NCBI GenBank assembly: GCA_019058245.1 | Contig: JAHPZJ010000028.1 | Coordinates: 32,001 to 96,000 of the forward strand | DNA: 64,000 bases | Direction of reading: 5' to 3' | Source: Promethearchaeota archaeon | Lineage (GTDB): Archaea; Asgardarchaeota; Lokiarchaeia; Sigyniarchaeales; SOKP01 | Shown here: positions 60,848 to 64,000 of the stretch, piece by piece | Numbering within the stretch: the stretch's first letter is position 1 | Layout of the letters: every line of letters starts with the position of its first letter | Notes under the pieces: model-generated | The model's database searches: none | The model's input: the letters and a program-made list of their open reading frames with translations, nothing else | Told to the model about the DNA's origin: nothing | Position numbers and translations under genes: made by a program

Positions 60848-62578
60848 ATGATTTCTATGATAAATTATTTAGAAAAAAATATGATTCAAGGAATTTGTAA
60901 TTCCAACGAGTTTAAAGGATGGCTACTTTCAAGAAGATGGTTTGGAGACAAATCAACTTTATCGAATTTAGAGTTTGATGTTTCACTCCATTATTTTGAA
61001 AATATTACAAAGAATATTTTTCTCACCATAATCGAAATTAAAACTTCAAATTATTCAAAACGATATTTTCTTCCATTAATTTATTATAAAAAGATTGAAG
61101 AAATTCTTGATTCCAGTGAAAAAACCCATTCCAATATTGTGAAGCTTACGGAAAATACTTTCAGCAAGAAGTTGGTTATAAATGTAGAAAATAATCAGAA
61201 AATATTTACACTCAACTTGTTAGAAGCTGAGTTTTGTCTTTTCTTCTGGAAGAAAATGTTATTTGATACAAATATCTCAGAGAGATTTCCATCATTGGAT
61301 TTAGAATTAATCCTCTATAATAAACAATTTGAAGACGACGTAAATATGAAAAAAGTACAAAATTTAATAGAAGCAAGCTTATATCCTGATCGCTATAGCC
61401 TTTCAATAAATCAATTAGGAAAAGGAAACACTACAAATACCTTATTTTCATTAAATATAATAAATAACAGGTTTCCCGAGCAAGATCCAATTTCGTATGT
61501 ACTAAAATCTTACAAAGTTTATTCAACAACTATAGAACCTTCTGCTTTATTTGTTTTAGTTAAAAACAAATTTCCAAATGCTCCAAAGATTTATGGAACA
61601 ATTAAGGTACATGATAAAGAAACAATTCAAATTATGGAAAATGTTCCAAATAATGGAAATTTGGGAGATATATACTGGACTGAACTTAATAAAATGATAA
61701 ATACTATATTCAAAAATGCAGATACTAATTATTCCAAATTTAACGATAAATCAAATATTTCTCAATTAATTAAAGATCATTGCCTTGAAACCATTAGAGT
61801 ATCTTCTGAGATAGGAAAATATATCAACAATCTGCATAAATCTTTAATTTTACCATCCCAAATAGAGTATAGTGTAGAAACTGTTGATAGCGGAACTTAT
61901 CTTAAAACCTACACAGAAAAATTAAATTCGATGATCTCAGAGTTACTTACTAACATGACGGATCAACCAGAAAGCACATTTTTTAATTTACCAAAAGTGA
62001 GTTCAATCCTTATAGATATTAAAGATATTATTGAAAAATTTCGATCAGAATTTAAAGCCCAAAATATTAATATTCAACCAGTACATCAAGATTTACATAT
62101 GGAACAAATTCTTTATAATAAAATCGATGACCACTATAATTTTTACTTCATAGATTTTGAAGGAGATCCACAACTTTCTTTAGAAGAGAAAAAAAGTAAA
62201 TTTCCAATTGAAAAAGATCTAGCCTCTTTTTTAAGGGCCCTCAGTTACATAAAATTCAACACTTTGCTAAAATTTATTGAAAATAAGATTATACGGAAAG
62301 ATAAATATGAAGTACCTGAAGAAATTCTATATAATCTTTTCTTCAGACGCGCTGCTAGACCCTTAAAAAAAGTTCTCGATATAGTACTTAATGTTCTAAA
62401 TACCTGGGAAAAGAGGTTGATAGGAAAAATATTAAAAAATCTGAAAGCAGATTATATTTTAATTACTTATTTCTATATTGAAAGAGCATTGCATGAATTA
62501 AATTATGAAATATTATTTAGACCCAATATGATCATTACACCTATATTGGGTTTAAAAGAGATTATAGAAAAAAGTTAA
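60848..62578 (+). CDS. Maltokinase (Mak/Pep2)-like phosphotransferase
   Basis: WL..RRWFGDK N-cap, VHQDLHMEQIL, IDFEGDP, DLA.FLR.LSY, ELNYE...RP. Confidence 0.8.
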   Translation: MISMINYLEKNMIQGICNSNEFKGWLLSRRWFGDKSTLSNLEFDVSLHYFENITKNIFLTIIEIKTSNYSKRYFLPLIYYKKIEEILDSSEKTHSNIVKLTENTFSKKLVINVENNQKIFTLNLLEAEFCLFFWKKMLFDTNISERFPSLDLELILYNKQFEDDVNMKKVQNLIEASLYPDRYSLSINQLGKGNTTNTLFSLNIINNRFPEQDPISYVLKSYKVYSTTIEPSALFVLVKNKFPNAPKIYGTIKVHDKETIQIMENVPNNGNLGDIYWTELNKMINTIFKNADTNYSKFNDKSNISQLIKDHCLETIRVSSEIGKYINNLHKSLILPSQIEYSVETVDSGTYLKTYTEKLNSMISELLTNMTDQPESTFFNLPKVSSILIDIKDIIEKFRSEFKAQNINIQPVHQDLHMEQILYNKIDDHYNFYFIDFEGDPQLSLEEKKSKFPIEKDLASFLRALSYIKFNTLLKFIENKIIRKDKYEVPEEILYNLFFRRAARPLKKVLDIVLNVLNTWEKRLIGKILKNLKADYILITYFYIERALHELNYEILFRPNMIITPILGLKEIIEKS

Positions 62579-62591
62579 TTATCTAAAAAAT

Positions 62592-63188
62592 TTATTCTTC
62601 TTCTACATCAGGTAGTTTAGCAAATTCGAAGGAATAATGGGAGGAAGATATATCAATTGGTTGTACCTGCTTTTGGTATGCAGTTCGTATTTTGCTTTGG
62701 TCAGTAATTTTCGACGTAGTCCAATTTGCATTGAATTCACCTTGATTAAAAATTCTCCATGCAAAAGCTTCCACAAATTTTTGAGGTCCAAATTTCTTAT
62801 CTATTAAAATATATTTATTATCATCAATAAAATTTCGAAAAAACCCTAGGTTATCACATAAGTCTAATTTATAAAAGATATCATCAATTTTACCATTTAT
62901 TCTTGCGCAATCATTTATGAAGCGCGCTAATTTATCTCCTAACTTAATTTGATCCTCTTCCACTTCTTTCTCAACAAGTTTTCTTAAAAAGCTTCTTTTT
63001 ATCATCATAAAATCTCGATCATTTAAAGATTGAAGCGAACTTTTTTGTTTAATTATATATTTTGATATTTCTAAATAGTTTCTAATAAGATCAGCTTTAG
63101 AAATACCCAATTTTCTTCGGACCTTCTCTAAGTTTTCATTTAAATTTTCATCAATTCTAACAGTTATAACAGTTGTTGATTCTTTCAA
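62592..63188 (-). CDS. Ribbon-helix-helix (CopG-like) regulator with C-terminal domain
   Basis: VITVRIDENLNENLEKV...GISKADLIRNYL. Confidence 0.8.
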   Translation of the reverse strand: MKESTTVITVRIDENLNENLEKVRRKLGISKADLIRNYLEISKYIIKQKSSLQSLNDRDFMMIKRSFLRKLVEKEVEEDQIKLGDKLARFINDCARINGKIDDIFYKLDLCDNLGFFRNFIDDNKYILIDKKFGPQKFVEAFAWRIFNQGEFNANWTTSKITDQSKIRTAYQKQVQPIDISSSHYSFEFAKLPDVEEE

Positions 63189-64000
63189 TTTATTTCATCT
63201 TTCTGAATATTTTTTTTTTTTCATTTAAGATTTTTGGGCTAAATTTCGGCTTATTTGTGAATTACTCTTATCTTTTTATTTGTAATTAATATATTTATAT
63301 GTAACATAAGTAATATTAGTATATAAATGATTAATATCAACGAAAAATTAAATTTAAATTGATCTCAAATTATCTGATGACTGTAAATTTAGAATGATAA
63401 GATATCTATAATAATGAAAGATTAACTTATTTTAGGGTTTTGAAGTTTTTCTAATATATTATTCATTATTTCTTTATTTATTATACTTTAATATTAGGAA
63501 AGTTAACTATTTATTCTAAATTGAGAAATCTTAAGTGGTAATTTATTGAGGTCTTATTTCTGACATTATTTTCATAGAAATTTTTTTTACAAAAAAATAA
63601 AGAACATAAATCACATTATCTAATGCTTAAGGTTCTTAAATTTAAATATTATTAAAAAATGATACATTTATTTAATAAATTTTTAAATTATTTTATGAAA
63701 ATTAAAATGGTATGATTTCATAATGTTTGAATCAATTATTATTTCTAGAATATTTTTTTTTTAAAATCTTTATGGTCATAAATATACTACGCTAATCTCT
63801 TAGAGAAATTCAAGTCTATCATTAAGATTTTTTGTTCCTTTTTATTAAACAAATATCTATCCAAATAAAATTTTGTTTTACATATTCAATGATTTTCAAT
63901 GTCATTTGTAAGTATAGTAATCAAACGTAACATAGGCTTACAAAAGACACACAAGGTAAATATATATGCAGTAAAAAATATAGGTTTCATGTATAAACCA

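Noticed and set aside
1-64000. Selenocysteine or genome-wide stop-codon recoding
   Set aside because: No in-frame TGA at a catalytic Cys position was noticed, and TGA and TAG terminate several intact genes
1-64000. CRISPR array, tRNA/rRNA, IS elements or provirus
   Set aside because: No spaced direct repeats, GC-rich structured RNA, transposase, integrase or capsid ORFs seen by eye; a covariance-model scan was not possible
63190-64000. 800-bp AT-rich region as a replication origin or ncRNA; short CVFC-containing ORF near the end; TATGTAACATA palindrome near 63298
   Set aside because: No ORB-like repeats or cdc6 in view; the ORF is short, without SD and at the window edge; the palindrome is too short to support

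Overview
Very AT-rich archaeal chromosomal segment, most likely from a Lokiarchaeia-type Asgard archaeon. This is inferred from a Rab-like GTPase, a gelsolin-domain protein, several longin/roadblock-type domains, GGTGA/GAGGT Shine-Dalgarno sites and TATA/BRE promoters. No rRNA, tRNA, CRISPR array or transposase was seen. Most genes are metabolic or housekeeping: mgsA, iorAB, nitroreductases, an S1P-lyase-like enzyme, GH57, a maltokinase-like kinase, a heterodimeric ABC exporter, pcm, U32 and a cold-shock protein. The most striking locus is a minus-strand cluster at 43.2-46.1 kb. It contains a Cys-rich MarR regulator, a promoter with a perfect palindromic operator, an unannotated 27-aa acidic peptide with two Cys-Cys pairs, a class I SAM methyltransferase fused to an HgcA-like corrinoid/membrane protein (variant cap helix NVWCAARG), and an HgcB-like ferredoxin. 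I read this as a candidate self-contained, metal-inducible SAM-to-cobalamin-to-metal(loid) methylation system. Other highlights are a BpsA-like aminopropyltransferase fused to an AdoMet decarboxylase, an unannotated 28-aa (KKKAPA)n histone-H1-tail-like microprotein, repeated signs of SD-led non-NTG (ATA/ATT) starts, an autoregulated ArsR-ARPP-1 pair, a CWH43-like protein, and a URO-D-family gene with an in-frame TAG. All family assignments come from recognising motifs by eye, not from database searches.
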